From: a virus
Lineage: Duplodnaviria; Heunggongvirae; Uroviricota; Caudoviricetes
DNA: 64,000 nt
Reading direction: 5' to 3' (one strand)
Virus record (IMG/VR): IMGVR_UViG_3300037512_000782
Location: 32,001-96,000 of that record
Below are positions 1-9,427 of the stretch, piece by piece (position 1 is the stretch's first letter; every line of letters starts with the position of its first letter). Under the pieces are notes generated by a model. The model was given only the letters and a program-made list of their open reading frames with translations, had not been told where the DNA came from and made no database searches. The translations under genes were made by a program, and so were the position numbers.

Positions 1-429
1 ATCCTCTTTAAGCTCATTATACTTTCCGTACCAGTCAACGACGCTGTCCGGAGAAGGAAGCACATAGTTTCGGTCGCCAACGGCTTCCGTGATGACTCCG
101 CTGAACGGCTCGCTATAGCCCATCCAGTCGTTGTCACCGAGCACGACGGCTTCCTTCGCCTTCTTGAATTCCTCTTCCAGCTCGTAGTCGCTATACCCCT
201 TCAAAATTAGTTCATTACGGATGCTTTCATCGACTGGGCGGATAGTGCCCCTCAAGGCCATCGGATTGCGTATCTGGTTGGCTGCGGCGAACGCCTTGTA
301 CATCGTCGGTGTTCCGTACAGATCGCCGATCACTCGGTCGAGACGGCCATTCTTCACCATAGGCACGTTGAACATGCCAGCATAGGTGAATTTATCGTCC
401 CTTATTCTAGGAAACTGTTCCTTGGCCAT
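1..429 (-). CDS. Baseplate wedge gp53-like / LysM-like protein (3' end runs off the window)
   Basis: Read manually: MAKEQFPRIRDDKFTYAGMFNVPMVKNGRLDRVIGDLYGTPTMYKAFAAANQIRNPM. The RLD..I..LYG.....AAAN.I.NP pattern is LysM/gp53-like, and the gene follows baseplate genes. Confidence 0.55.
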   Translation of the reverse strand, partial: MAKEQFPRIRDDKFTYAGMFNVPMVKNGRLDRVIGDLYGTPTMYKAFAAANQIRNPMALRGTIRPVDESIRNELILKGYSDYELEEEFKKAKEAVVLGDNDWMGYSEPFSGVITEAVGDRNYVLPSPDSVVDWYGKYNELKED

Positions 430-436
430 ATCCTAC

Positions 437-1648
437 CTACCTTTTCTTGTTCTTCGACGGATTGTTGTTCTTGCTGATACCACCGTCGTTCTTGTTCTTA
501 CCAGACTTTCCATTCTTGCTCGGATACTTGATGAACTGGCTGAACACCTCGTTACCAAGAATAGAGATAAAGTCCTTGGTCGGGCCCGGCTGCATCCAGT
601 AGGACACTTGAACCTCGGCGTTGATGAATACTGGCAAGTGAGTTCCATCCGGAGAGATGAACTGTTCGTTGCTGGCTTGAATCCTAACGCTGTTAATCAC
701 CATCGGCTCGAAGTCGAGGTAGTGACCGATGCTCACGCGCACCGGAAGCGGGTTAGCAGTAATCTCGCCGCCGAAGAAAGTATTTAAGTTGTTATAAATG
801 TCGACGCCGCTACCAAGCACCTTGTTGATGACATCCTTGACGCTACCAGTTTCAGCCTTGCCGCTATTGGACGAAGACGAGTTGCCTTCCTTGTATGACG
901 AATCGCCGCTGGAATAATATCCAGACGTTACGTCGTCAATCATCTTCTTTGCGCCGTCCACCAGCTCGCTACCAGCATTTACCAAGCCGTTGATCATTTC
1001 ATTCACGATGGCTTCGCCTTGCATATCCATCGGACGAACGTAGGTCATCATCACGAGTCGCTTCAAAGACTGACGGCACATATCCTCTTGTTCCGGCAAG
1101 TACCAGCGGAACTTCAACGGAAGCGTGGCGTCGATCTGGGCACCAGTGAACTTCTTGATAGTCATGCTACCAGTGCAGTTGTTGTTGACGCCAGACAGTT
1201 CCATACCAACTTGGGCGACACTTTCGATACCGCCGAGAACACTGTTGGTCGTGCGAGAAATCGCCGAACCGATGCCAGGAATAGCACCGAGCAATCCAGC
1301 GTTTCCACCGCCACCAGTAAGAATCGTATTCATTCGAGCGAAGCCGCTCTTATTGCCACCCGGCTCGTTCCAGTTGGCCTTCACGCTGAACGAAGGGCCA
1401 TTTCCAGTATCCGCGTTGAGGATACCGTAAAACGGTTCGTACATGTCGTAACCGCTTTCGAGTGAGATGGCGTCAAGCATGGTCTCGCGGAACGTATCGA
1501 GAGACTTCTGAAAGCCTCCCATGTATGCGCGGCGAGCCTCGCCGTCCAAGACTTCGATACGGCACACGTTCGGCTTAGGAAGACGCTTACTCATCTTCCC
1601 AGTAGTATGACCTATTCGCTGTACATATTTCTCATAACCAGTGGCCAT
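437..1648 (-). CDS. Baseplate tail-tube cap/initiator (gp48/gp54-like)
   Basis: 403 aa. C-terminal PLPVRVSIGHYLDFEPMVINSVRI...PVFINAEVQV resembles tube-initiator folds. Lies between the hub-like and gp53-like genes. Confidence 0.5.
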   Translation of the reverse strand: MATGYEKYVQRIGHTTGKMSKRLPKPNVCRIEVLDGEARRAYMGGFQKSLDTFRETMLDAISLESGYDMYEPFYGILNADTGNGPSFSVKANWNEPGGNKSGFARMNTILTGGGGNAGLLGAIPGIGSAISRTTNSVLGGIESVAQVGMELSGVNNNCTGSMTIKKFTGAQIDATLPLKFRWYLPEQEDMCRQSLKRLVMMTYVRPMDMQGEAIVNEMINGLVNAGSELVDGAKKMIDDVTSGYYSSGDSSYKEGNSSSSNSGKAETGSVKDVINKVLGSGVDIYNNLNTFFGGEITANPLPVRVSIGHYLDFEPMVINSVRIQASNEQFISPDGTHLPVFINAEVQVSYWMQPGPTKDFISILGNEVFSQFIKYPSKNGKSGKNKNDGGISKNNNPSKNKKR

Positions 1649-1651
1649 CTA

Positions 1652-3571
1652 TTAACCCCCAAACAGTTTACCGTTCATAGCCTCGGCAGCTTCCTTGGCG
1701 TTCCTTGCGTTAGCCTCTTGCACTTCCGGACTCAACGTGGCTTCCTTCATGCCTTCCTTTACGCCTTCCTTGATAGCGTTCAAGCGATCGGCTTCGGACA
1801 TCGGCTTGTCGTCCGGAAGGTTCGGAACAACAGTCGCCGTAGGAGACTTGCTATTTTCCATAGATCCAGCGGCCTTCGGAACATAGAGAGCAGCAGCGTG
1901 ACCGAAGCCACCAGCAGCACCGCTGACCGTCTTCACGCCAGCGGCATCGTAACCAAGACCCCTATTATAAGCATCAGCAACGCGGCGAGTAGTCTCGGTC
2001 TCGTTACCGACAAAGTTCTGGACGTTGGCCATCAGACCAGTACCGATACTGATGTCGTTGGCGTCGCGTCCCTTCATAAATCCAGAGCCAGCGCCCTTCA
2101 AGACACCGCCGATTCCCTTACCAGACTGGGCAGCCGCAACGGCTCCACCAACCGAGTTCACGATTTCTGGAATGAGGAGAGTATCGGCGAGCGTATCGAC
2201 AAGGCCAGCACCCACAGTAGACATCACATCAGTAACGCCGCCACCACCCTTAACTACCTTGTACGTATTAACCGCAGTATCGGCAATACCAGCAGCTGCT
2301 TGGATCAATGGGAACTTCTTCGCGAGCTTCGCGCCAGTCTTGGCCGCGCTTACGGCAGCCTTAACTACTCCAGAGTTGGCCACCGCCTTCGCGGCTACCT
2401 TGGCACCAGAAGCGACGGCCTTACCAGCGCTCTTGATAGCAGAACCAGCCGCATTCGCAGCGCCAGAAATCTTGCTACCAATACTCGTGGCCATCGACTT
2501 GAAGAAACCGCCAACCTTGCGAGCAGTATCGGCTACCTTACCAGCAGCCTTACCGACAGCGCTTTCCTTGATACTCTTCATCCAGTTGCTCAACATGCTC
2601 GTAAAAGACGACTTCAATTCACCAATCTTCGACACGCCGTCAGTAAACGTGGACTTCAGCTTCGACCCAAGTTCACTAACCTTCTGAATACCGCCAGAAA
2701 CCGCATTCTTCAACTTTGTACCAAGTTCGCCAACCGTCTTACCGATCTTACTATTACGCAGCTTGTCCCAACCAGCCTTAATGCCGCTGGCGAAGGACTT
2801 GCCGACAGTCTTCCACATTTCGGCGAACTTACTCAAATAACCATAAGCAAAACCAACAGCACCACCAGCGAGGGCGGCAAGGAACTCAGACAAACTTGTA
2901 GCGCTGTCACCGCCGTTATTCGTGGAGCTGTTCTTTCCTTCGAGATACATGTCGAGCGCACGGCTCAACTTAGGCATGACTGGACGAGCCGCCTCCTTGT
3001 AGAGACGGTCTTCTTCTGCAGCTTGCGCCTTCTTGTTAGATTCTTCGTAGTTCTCCTTCTCGACCGGGACTGGAGAAGTCATGGCCTCTTGATAGCCTTG
3101 GCTTGAGTCTACTGGAGACGGCGTAGGAGTTTGTGCGGAAACGGAATTATTCGCAACCGCGAAATTCTTGAACGCGCTACCGACCGTACCAGTGTTCATC
3201 GGAGTCGAAGAAGTCAGCGTCATTTCGTTCGACGAGGCGGTAGCTTGTGAAGCGAGCGAACTGCCCACCATCGGGGAACCTTGCTGCGTACTCATCATCG
3301 ACAGCGACTGGCTCATAGAAGCGAACAGTTCAGTGAGCTTGTCTTGGTTTTGACGCATGGCATCGATATTGTCGGAAACCTTGGACATAGGATCGGTTTC
3401 CTGTCCTTCGCCGACAACCTTGACATGCTGCGCAAGCATTGCCTCGTGTTCGGCCTTCGCCGCCTCGATGGCATCACGTGCGGCCAAGGCGCTCATGACG
3501 CCTTCAGACACCCCTTGCTTCAAGAGGTTTTCAAAGCTCTGCGTCGATACATTTGATAATGTCTTAGCCAT
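1652..3571 (-). CDS. Baseplate hub / tape-measure-like protein (gp29-like)
   Basis: 639 aa with Ala/Gly/Lys-rich amphipathic repeats (VGKSFASGIKAGWDKL, AVSGGIQKVSELGSKL). Lies downstream of the chaperone pair and behind a late-type motif. Confidence 0.55.
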   Translation of the reverse strand: MAKTLSNVSTQSFENLLKQGVSEGVMSALAARDAIEAAKAEHEAMLAQHVKVVGEGQETDPMSKVSDNIDAMRQNQDKLTELFASMSQSLSMMSTQQGSPMVGSSLASQATASSNEMTLTSSTPMNTGTVGSAFKNFAVANNSVSAQTPTPSPVDSSQGYQEAMTSPVPVEKENYEESNKKAQAAEEDRLYKEAARPVMPKLSRALDMYLEGKNSSTNNGGDSATSLSEFLAALAGGAVGFAYGYLSKFAEMWKTVGKSFASGIKAGWDKLRNSKIGKTVGELGTKLKNAVSGGIQKVSELGSKLKSTFTDGVSKIGELKSSFTSMLSNWMKSIKESAVGKAAGKVADTARKVGGFFKSMATSIGSKISGAANAAGSAIKSAGKAVASGAKVAAKAVANSGVVKAAVSAAKTGAKLAKKFPLIQAAAGIADTAVNTYKVVKGGGGVTDVMSTVGAGLVDTLADTLLIPEIVNSVGGAVAAAQSGKGIGGVLKGAGSGFMKGRDANDISIGTGLMANVQNFVGNETETTRRVADAYNRGLGYDAAGVKTVSGAAGGFGHAAALYVPKAAGSMENSKSPTATVVPNLPDDKPMSEADRLNAIKEGVKEGMKEATLSPEVQEANARNAKEAAEAMNGKLFGG

Positions 3572-3598
3572 GGAACCACGATATGATTAACTATTGCT

Positions 3599-3606
3599 AG
3601 TTTATC
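3599..3606 (-). promoter_or_regulatory. Putative late promoter GATAAACT
   Basis: 27 nt upstream of the ATG at 3571. Recurrent motif with constant spacing. Confidence 0.6.
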
Positions 3607-3620
3607 AATTCATAGGCACA

Positions 3621-3647
3621 GAAAAAGCCGGATTTCTCCGGCTTTTC
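3621..3647. terminator. Intrinsic terminator (possibly bidirectional)
   Basis: GAAAAAGCCGGA-TTTC-TCCGGCTTTTC hairpin with A/T tails. Confidence 0.75.
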
Positions 3648-3823
3648 TACATCATGGGCATGGAACTCAGTTCCGTTTCCGTTTCGTCGTCATCCACGTG
3701 GTTCAAGGCGTTGTACTTCTCGATGCAGTAGTTGAGCAGTTCCTTGAATTCCGGGAAGAACATCTGGTCGCAATCGTGACAGCTGTTGTGCGTCATGTCT
3801 GACACGATGCACTTACAGCGCAT
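3647..3823 (-). CDS. gp51-like baseplate/tail assembly chaperone (58 aa; possibly made as a +1 frameshift extension of the upstream gene)
   Basis: Not in the ORF track. MRCKCIVSDMTHNSCHDCDQMFFPEFKELLNYCIEKYNAL... Its frame is open back to about 3910, overlapping the end of the gp26-like gene. Confidence 0.6.
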   Translation of the reverse strand: MRCKCIVSDMTHNSCHDCDQMFFPEFKELLNYCIEKYNALNHVDDDETETELSSMPMM

Positions 3824-3836
3824 AAGGTCACGATAA

Positions 3837-5279
3837 TCATAGACCGGAAATATAGACGTCGAGACGAAAGGGATAAGGAATGGTAACCTCCTTCTTACAG
3901 AACGGACAAATTATCTTTGCGGTAATATCCGTCGTAAGCGAGGCTCCGTCGACTTCGTCTAAGAAGTGCTTGGCGGCTGCGTAGCCGAGGTTTCCGAGAT
4001 AGTTGATCTTGTCCACGATGTTGTCGATACCCTGGATTTCCACGATAACGGCAGAGTGGAGAAGGACTTGCATCTCGAACGGCATTTCCTTTCCAGTATC
4101 CTTCAGATACTGGGCCAGCGTCTCGTTGACGATTTCTTCGTGGTAGCGACGGCGGAGATATACGTCACACTGGCGGCCATCAGCAAGATAGAAGGAGTAG
4201 CATCCGTTTGCATGCTTGGCTACGATCTCGCGCAAGTTTCCACGGATCTTGAAGTCCATGTTGTTGAAGAAGACTTGGATCTTCTTGTAGTCCTCTGCAG
4301 TCTGGGCGACCTTGCCGCAATCTGGACACTTGTACGGTTCCCACTTGTCGGTAGGCGGCACGTAAGGAAGCGGGTCTTCGATAGTGGACGCCCTCAACCA
4401 GTGCATCATGTAAGCCTCGTCGCACTGGAGCACGTTGGAGGCGTTGAAGCCGTCATCCCAACCGCCGTTGATGCGACGGTCGAACAAAGTATTGACCGTC
4501 GTCGTGATGTTCTCATTGTCCATGTGGTTCAACATGAGAATATCCATGAAGGTCAAGGACTGGCCCATGAACGGAAGGTCATAGAGCATACCTTCGGACG
4601 GAAGTCCACGAAGGTCACTGAAGTTCGTGACTTCGTTTCGAGGGAACACATGCTGTTGCCGGGGCGGCTCTGCAATTTGTTGACGCGGCAACTCGGCCAT
4701 CACTGGCTTAACAATCTGCGTCGGCTTTTCAGTCTGCTTGGGAGCGACGGTCGGCTTCGGCTGCTGTTTCGGTAGGACGGCGGCATCATCATAACGAACC
4801 TCACGAGGAGGCTGTCTGAAGTTCGGCGTGAAGTTCTGAACTGGCGCTTGAACGGCCTCGTTCTGCGGAATGTCGCTCAGTTCGACCATTTCGGTTTCTG
4901 GAACTTCGTCTTCCGGAGCTTCCATCAATGACTGCATGTAGCTGTCATAGCCCACTTGGTTCATAGCGGCATCGTTGATCGGAGCAGCTTCCTCGACTGG
5001 TTCCTCGACCTCTTGCTGTCTCAGCACGGTCGGAATCGGCTGTGTTGTCTGGACTGGTTGCACTGGAGGTACAGTCTGGATAGGCTGCTTCTTGACAAGA
5101 CGCTGCTGCTTGACCATTCCTTGCTTGGAGGCCATGGTCTGGGCAGCTTCGTGAAGTCGCTTGTTGTTCTCGCGCATAATTTCTGCGGGGTCACGATCAA
5201 TCGCTAGACCGTGATTGTTCGCGATACTCTGCTTTGCGCTCTGAATAAATGCCCTGGTCTGTTCATCATACTGGGGCAT
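3837..5279 (-). CDS. gp26-like baseplate hub assembly chaperone with long Gln/Pro-rich N-terminus
   Basis: LPSEG..Y motif, CPDC and CPFC zinc-knuckle pairs, C-terminal IPYPFR. Start moved to the ATG at 5279 so that it does not overlap the upstream ORF. Confidence 0.65.
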   Translation of the reverse strand: MPQYDEQTRAFIQSAKQSIANNHGLAIDRDPAEIMRENNKRLHEAAQTMASKQGMVKQQRLVKKQPIQTVPPVQPVQTTQPIPTVLRQQEVEEPVEEAAPINDAAMNQVGYDSYMQSLMEAPEDEVPETEMVELSDIPQNEAVQAPVQNFTPNFRQPPREVRYDDAAVLPKQQPKPTVAPKQTEKPTQIVKPVMAELPRQQIAEPPRQQHVFPRNEVTNFSDLRGLPSEGMLYDLPFMGQSLTFMDILMLNHMDNENITTTVNTLFDRRINGGWDDGFNASNVLQCDEAYMMHWLRASTIEDPLPYVPPTDKWEPYKCPDCGKVAQTAEDYKKIQVFFNNMDFKIRGNLREIVAKHANGCYSFYLADGRQCDVYLRRRYHEEIVNETLAQYLKDTGKEMPFEMQVLLHSAVIVEIQGIDNIVDKINYLGNLGYAAAKHFLDEVDGASLTTDITAKIICPFCKKEVTIPYPFRLDVYISGL

Positions 5280-5283
5280 GGCG

Positions 5284-5574
5284 TTAGCTGTCTGTACGTA
5301 CGGTTTCTTCGGCATTCTCAACCTCGTCTGGTGGACGATCATCTTCGGCCACTCGGTAAATGTAGCGTGGCCCGTGATACGGTTTATCATTTGAAAGGAC
5401 AAGGTCAACAGTCTCGCCGCCGTTGCTCAAGCACATGCCTTCCGCAATCTTCTCGGCGGTTTCGTATTCGGCGTAGCTAGGACGAATAAAAGAAGGAGCC
5501 TCTACGGAGAGGTCTTCGTAGTTGGCTCCCTTTTTGAAACTGGTGACGTCGTATTTTACGACCCAGAAACTCAT
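5284..5574 (-). CDS. Hypothetical protein
   Basis: 96 aa; start overlaps the stop of the upstream gene. Confidence 0.6.
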   Translation of the reverse strand: MSFWVVKYDVTSFKKGANYEDLSVEAPSFIRPSYAEYETAEKIAEGMCLSNGGETVDLVLSNDKPYHGPRYIYRVAEDDRPPDEVENAEETVRTDS

Positions 5575-6965
5575 TGTTTCTTTTCCTTCTTTTCTCGCTT
5601 GGCCTTTTCAGCCTCAGCCTTTTCGGCCTTCTCGCGTTCCTTCTCGGCCTCGACAGCGGCCTTGACCTTGGCAGCGTAGGCGTCGGAGAGCGTGTGGCCA
5701 AGCATTGCGTGGAAGTAGCCGCCGATGATCTGTTCAGAAGATACCGTCTTCTGCTTTAGTAATTCGCGCTGCTTCTTGTAGGCTTCGTCCCAGTTGACGC
5801 AGATTCTCCAGCGTTCGATCAAGCTCTTGATCGCTTCTGGCGTATCCGTGTTGCTGAACTGGAGGTTGGAGGCCACGCAAATGTGGTTGGCAGCCGTGAA
5901 CGGAGAGCCCTTCACACCAGCGATAGTCACCGCACCTTCGGCGACGGCGAGAACGTTGTCCGTATCGGCGTTGCAGAGTTCGTACGGATTGTTTTCGATA
6001 TCATCAGGAATACAAGTGATGACAAAGTCAAAACCCACGTCACGCTCAATAGCCATTGTCGACGCGAAGTTGTTGAAATCCACGACTGGGCTTGCCCAGT
6101 GCTGGATTGTCGTAACTTCTGGTTCAGAACCGTCCGGAAGCTGTTGCATCTTCTTGTAGATTTCCTTGCTCAAGCTGCCGACAGACGACACGGTAATCTT
6201 GTAGTCCTTCGTCACATTGTTCATCATGATGAACTTCTGGACGTTCATAGGAATAGTCGTACCCTTGATGAGGATCTTGGGACGACGGATTGTCGTGGCG
6301 TAATGAGAAGCACGAGCATTGATACGGTGCAACGGATACATCGTATCGTTCACGAAAGTATTGATGACGACAACGTCCTTGTCTTCCGGGATGAGGTTGC
6401 CCTTCTTGAGAACCAGCATCATGTCGGCAGTCGGAACGACGATTTCATCAGCGATGATCATTGCATCTTCGACCATGCGAGCGGTGAACATGTTAACCTG
6501 GCGGCCAGCCGGGGCGTCCCATACGAATTCGTCGAGAGCGTAGATCACACGCAAGCTGAGGTTGCGCATAATGCGGCGCTGCTTGCTTTCAGCTTCGAGG
6601 TCTTCGACTCTTGCATTAGTCGGAACTTCCATAGCACCGCCGCAGATTTCGTTTTCGTAGGCTTCAAGGGTGCCGTTGAGGTTATGGATGAACTTCGGAT
6701 TGGTCACGTTGTCAATCCAGAGTACGTTGTACTTGTGCAAGTCTGGCTGTTCGCGAAGGTATCCGTTACTGGTCATGGTCGTGACGGTAACGTCGGCCAT
6801 GGTACGGTACACGTTCTTGAAAAAGTCCAAAGCGGCGTAGCCACGAAGCGGAGAGAGTCGAGAATTGCCGTCAGAAACCAACAAGATGTGGAAAGCCAAC
6901 TTCTTCTCGGTCTTGTCGTTAAGGATGTCGTTAATGCGCTGATCAATCTGTTTTTGGAAATCCAT
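5571..6965 (-). CDS. Divergent glycosyltransferase-like protein (GT-B-like)
   Basis: HILLVSDG...LRG, RVIYALDEFVW and ADEIVVPT resemble phage GT4-like proteins. Directly downstream of gp47. Confidence 0.45.
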   Translation of the reverse strand: MDFQKQIDQRINDILNDKTEKKLAFHILLVSDGNSRLSPLRGYAALDFFKNVYRTMADVTVTTMTSNGYLREQPDLHKYNVLWIDNVTNPKFIHNLNGTLEAYENEICGGAMEVPTNARVEDLEAESKQRRIMRNLSLRVIYALDEFVWDAPAGRQVNMFTARMVEDAMIIADEIVVPTADMMLVLKKGNLIPEDKDVVVINTFVNDTMYPLHRINARASHYATTIRRPKILIKGTTIPMNVQKFIMMNNVTKDYKITVSSVGSLSKEIYKKMQQLPDGSEPEVTTIQHWASPVVDFNNFASTMAIERDVGFDFVITCIPDDIENNPYELCNADTDNVLAVAEGAVTIAGVKGSPFTAANHICVASNLQFSNTDTPEAIKSLIERWRICVNWDEAYKKQRELLKQKTVSSEQIIGGYFHAMLGHTLSDAYAAKVKAAVEAEKEREKAEKAEAEKAKREKKEKKQ

Positions 6966-6988
6966 ACGAAATTCCTAATGAATGTTCT

Positions 6989-7007
6989 CTTTTGAATTTT
7001 AAATTAC
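6989..7007 (-). promoter_or_regulatory. Conserved 19-nt element GTAATTTAAAATTCAAAAG (copy 1)
   Basis: Identical copy at 22827-22845; both lie just upstream of a start codon. Confidence 0.5.
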
Positions 7008-8119
7008 TTTATTTTCGCGTTGTATTCCTTGAGATATTCAAGGGCAACTTCCTTCGCATCTGCGCCATTAGAGAGTTCTGGCAAGATCTCCGGATGCTTT
7101 TCGAGGTAAAGCTTCGCCATGCCGACTGAATCGGTAGTCATGAGCTGCCTTGCTTCCTCCTCGGTCTGCGGCGTATCGGCTTCGCCTTCCTCGGCTGGGT
7201 CTTCGCCGTAGTACACAGTTTCGATGTAGATAGGCTTCTTGTCCACCAGATAGCCCTTCAAGTTCGCGGCATCGTCATAGGTGCGCGTCTTGTCGGTAGA
7301 ATAGCGGACGATGCAGTTGGACATGTCACGGTCGAAATCTGGGCCCAGTTCCGTATCCACGACGTCGACGAAAGTCGGAGAAATCGTATTCTCGACAAAC
7401 GCCAGTTCGCCAGTCGCGTCGTCATAGATGTGGTATCCAGCCGGGATGCCGACATGGCCAAATGTCTTCTGGAACGGAGTACCGACGTAGCAAATCGTGC
7501 TGTAGTCGTCACCGATGACCGATCGGCAGTGGTAGTGGCCACTGATAGTCAGCTTTGCAGCATTCAAGAAGCGCTTGGGATCGAAGCCAGCAGTCGATAC
7601 CGTCTTGGCTTCCATCTGGGCTCCAATCATGTCGAAGTGGCCTACGATGATGTTGTCGTCAATGTTGCCACGAGACATCTTGACGAGCCACTTGTTCACG
7701 CCGTCAATCTTGTCCTCTTGGATCCACGGAACGAAATACCACTTCTTAGTTCCGATGCTAGCGAAACCAACCTTGTCGATATAGACATTCACGTTCGGCA
7801 AGTTTTCTATAAAGCGAATCTGACACACGTCTGAACTGTTGTCATAAAGCATGTCATGGTTGCCAGCAACCACATAGCAAGTGAACTTGGAAAGACGTTC
7901 CTTGAAAAGGCGGTAAACCTTGTCCATCACGTCGGATGCGATGAACCTACGGTTGTCGAAAATGTCGCCAGTGAACACGACGGTATCTATGCCACGTGAC
8001 TCGAAGTCGGCGATCATCGACTCGACAATCGCATGCTGACCCTTCGTAAGTGCGTTGGTAATCGGTGCCTTTGCAGTCGTAAATCCGTAGTGCAAGTCAC
8101 CTACAATTCCGATTTTCAT
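7004..8119 (-). CDS. gp47: Recombination endonuclease, Mre11/SbcD-like (T4 gp47)
   Basis: Metallophosphoesterase motifs GDLH, GDIFD, GNHD, GHF, SGHYH, YVGTP. Confidence 0.92.
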   Translation of the reverse strand: MKIGIVGDLHYGFTTAKAPITNALTKGQHAIVESMIADFESRGIDTVVFTGDIFDNRRFIASDVMDKVYRLFKERLSKFTCYVVAGNHDMLYDNSSDVCQIRFIENLPNVNVYIDKVGFASIGTKKWYFVPWIQEDKIDGVNKWLVKMSRGNIDDNIIVGHFDMIGAQMEAKTVSTAGFDPKRFLNAAKLTISGHYHCRSVIGDDYSTICYVGTPFQKTFGHVGIPAGYHIYDDATGELAFVENTISPTFVDVVDTELGPDFDRDMSNCIVRYSTDKTRTYDDAANLKGYLVDKKPIYIETVYYGEDPAEEGEADTPQTEEEARQLMTTDSVGMAKLYLEKHPEILPELSNGADAKEVALEYLKEYNAKIK

Positions 8120-8814
8120 TGTTCTTCCTTATTCTCTATCTGCTTGGTTTCTACGCCGATGCGAGCAAGCTCACGCGCCTCGACTTCTTGGCGAACCTTA
8201 TCTTGAATATCGGCCTCATTCTCCTTAGTCCAATGGGCGATAATCTTGTTAGCCTGTTCGGGGCTGAAATCAAACTCTTGTTCAGTGACATCGAGTTCGC
8301 CAGACTGAACCTTCTTTTCGATGTATCGGTCGTTCTCTTCGCGAAATTCCTTGGTCATCTTGTTCAAGTCGGCAAGGGACTTCGTGACGGCGGCGCACAT
8401 GCTTGCGCAAGCGGCCCACTGCTTGTCGCTTGGGTCGATCTGGCCTTTCAGCTGTTCGTACATGTAGTTGAGCAAGTTCTTCTGCATGTCGTACAGCTCG
8501 TGCGCTTCCTTACGGATCTTGGCGCGGTCGGCCTTCAAGACTTCGTCGTCGATGTCCTCGGCATCACGAGTGTCAATACTTTGTTCCTTAAATGTAACCA
8601 TTTCGGCTTGCATTGCCAAGGACTTCGTACGCGCAATAGCGTCCTTCGAAGCGGCAAGAGCTTCCTTCGTAGAGCCTATAGGAAGCTGCAGAGTCTGTTC
8701 CAGCGTAGCAAAAACGTTCTCGTCATTTTGTTTCTTGGACGGCTGGATGGTAGCGTCTATTGAAGCCGATGCGGCTGACAGGTCAAAAAACGATGTAGGA
8801 TTTATTTCACTCAT
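8116..8814 (-). CDS. Hypothetical helical protein, possible terminase small subunit (gp16-like)
   Basis: Helical core DRAKIRKEAHELY...PSDKQWAACASMCAAVTKSLADLNKMTKE loosely resembles TerS; weak. Confidence 0.35.
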   Translation of the reverse strand: MSEINPTSFFDLSAASASIDATIQPSKKQNDENVFATLEQTLQLPIGSTKEALAASKDAIARTKSLAMQAEMVTFKEQSIDTRDAEDIDDEVLKADRAKIRKEAHELYDMQKNLLNYMYEQLKGQIDPSDKQWAACASMCAAVTKSLADLNKMTKEFREENDRYIEKKVQSGELDVTEQEFDFSPEQANKIIAHWTKENEADIQDKVRQEVEARELARIGVETKQIENKEEQ

Positions 8815-8824
8815 AACGATAAAA

Positions 8825-9319
8825 TTACTTCATAGTCTTGATCGGTCTCAATATGCCAGTTTCCATGCCATACTTGGCCGCGTCGACGATATCCTTCACA
8901 TTGCGAGGGAAGTATCTGACGTGTTCTTGGCATTGCTCCAAGAACTCCACATACAGCTTCTGGTTCTCGTATTCCTTGCGTATGTCAGACAGTGCGGCGT
9001 CGCCGTCAACCATAATTTCAATACCCTTTTGGGTTGGCTGCCACTTCATTCGGTTTTCGCATATATCCGTATAAACGGCGCGACGTTTCTGATTGAAAGT
9101 TTCTTCGAATGTACGAAGCTTCATCTTTTCTTGTAACAGCAAACCACAAAGTTCGATACCAGCCTCGCCCATGTTGATTGCGGCATTGTTAATCATCTTA
9201 CCCAAATCATAGTCGCCGTTCTCGTCCGTACAATCCAACGTCTTCATGAAATAATCACGAAGCGTTCTGATATGTTCGTTCTTGTCGGTTTCTTTATACA
9301 GTTCACTTTGCGCGTTCAT
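8825..9319 (-). CDS. uvsY: Recombination mediator UvsY-like
   Basis: 164-aa coiled coil with IEIMVDGDAAL...YVEFLEQ...VKDIVDA pattern. Confidence 0.65.
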   Translation of the reverse strand: MNAQSELYKETDKNEHIRTLRDYFMKTLDCTDENGDYDLGKMINNAAINMGEAGIELCGLLLQEKMKLRTFEETFNQKRRAVYTDICENRMKWQPTQKGIEIMVDGDAALSDIRKEYENQKLYVEFLEQCQEHVRYFPRNVKDIVDAAKYGMETGILRPIKTMK

Positions 9320-9341
9320 ACAATACCTACCATCAGGCGAA

Positions 9342-9370
9342 AATATAGTTTAGGTATGTTTGAATTTCAA
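9342..9370 (-). promoter_or_regulatory. Early/middle sigma70-type promoter TTGAAA-17-TATATT
   Basis: Shares the TTGVAATTCAAA extended -35 element with the other copies. Confidence 0.7.
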
Positions 9371-9376
9371 ATTCAC

Positions 9377-9405
9377 AAAAAACGGCCCCTTTCGAGGCCG
9401 TTTTT
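9377..9405. terminator. Intrinsic terminator after the tail tube gene
   Basis: AAAAAACGGCC-CCTTTCGA-GGCCGTTTTT. Confidence 0.75.
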
Positions 9406-9427
9406 CACATTTTTCCCAGCTTTAAGG

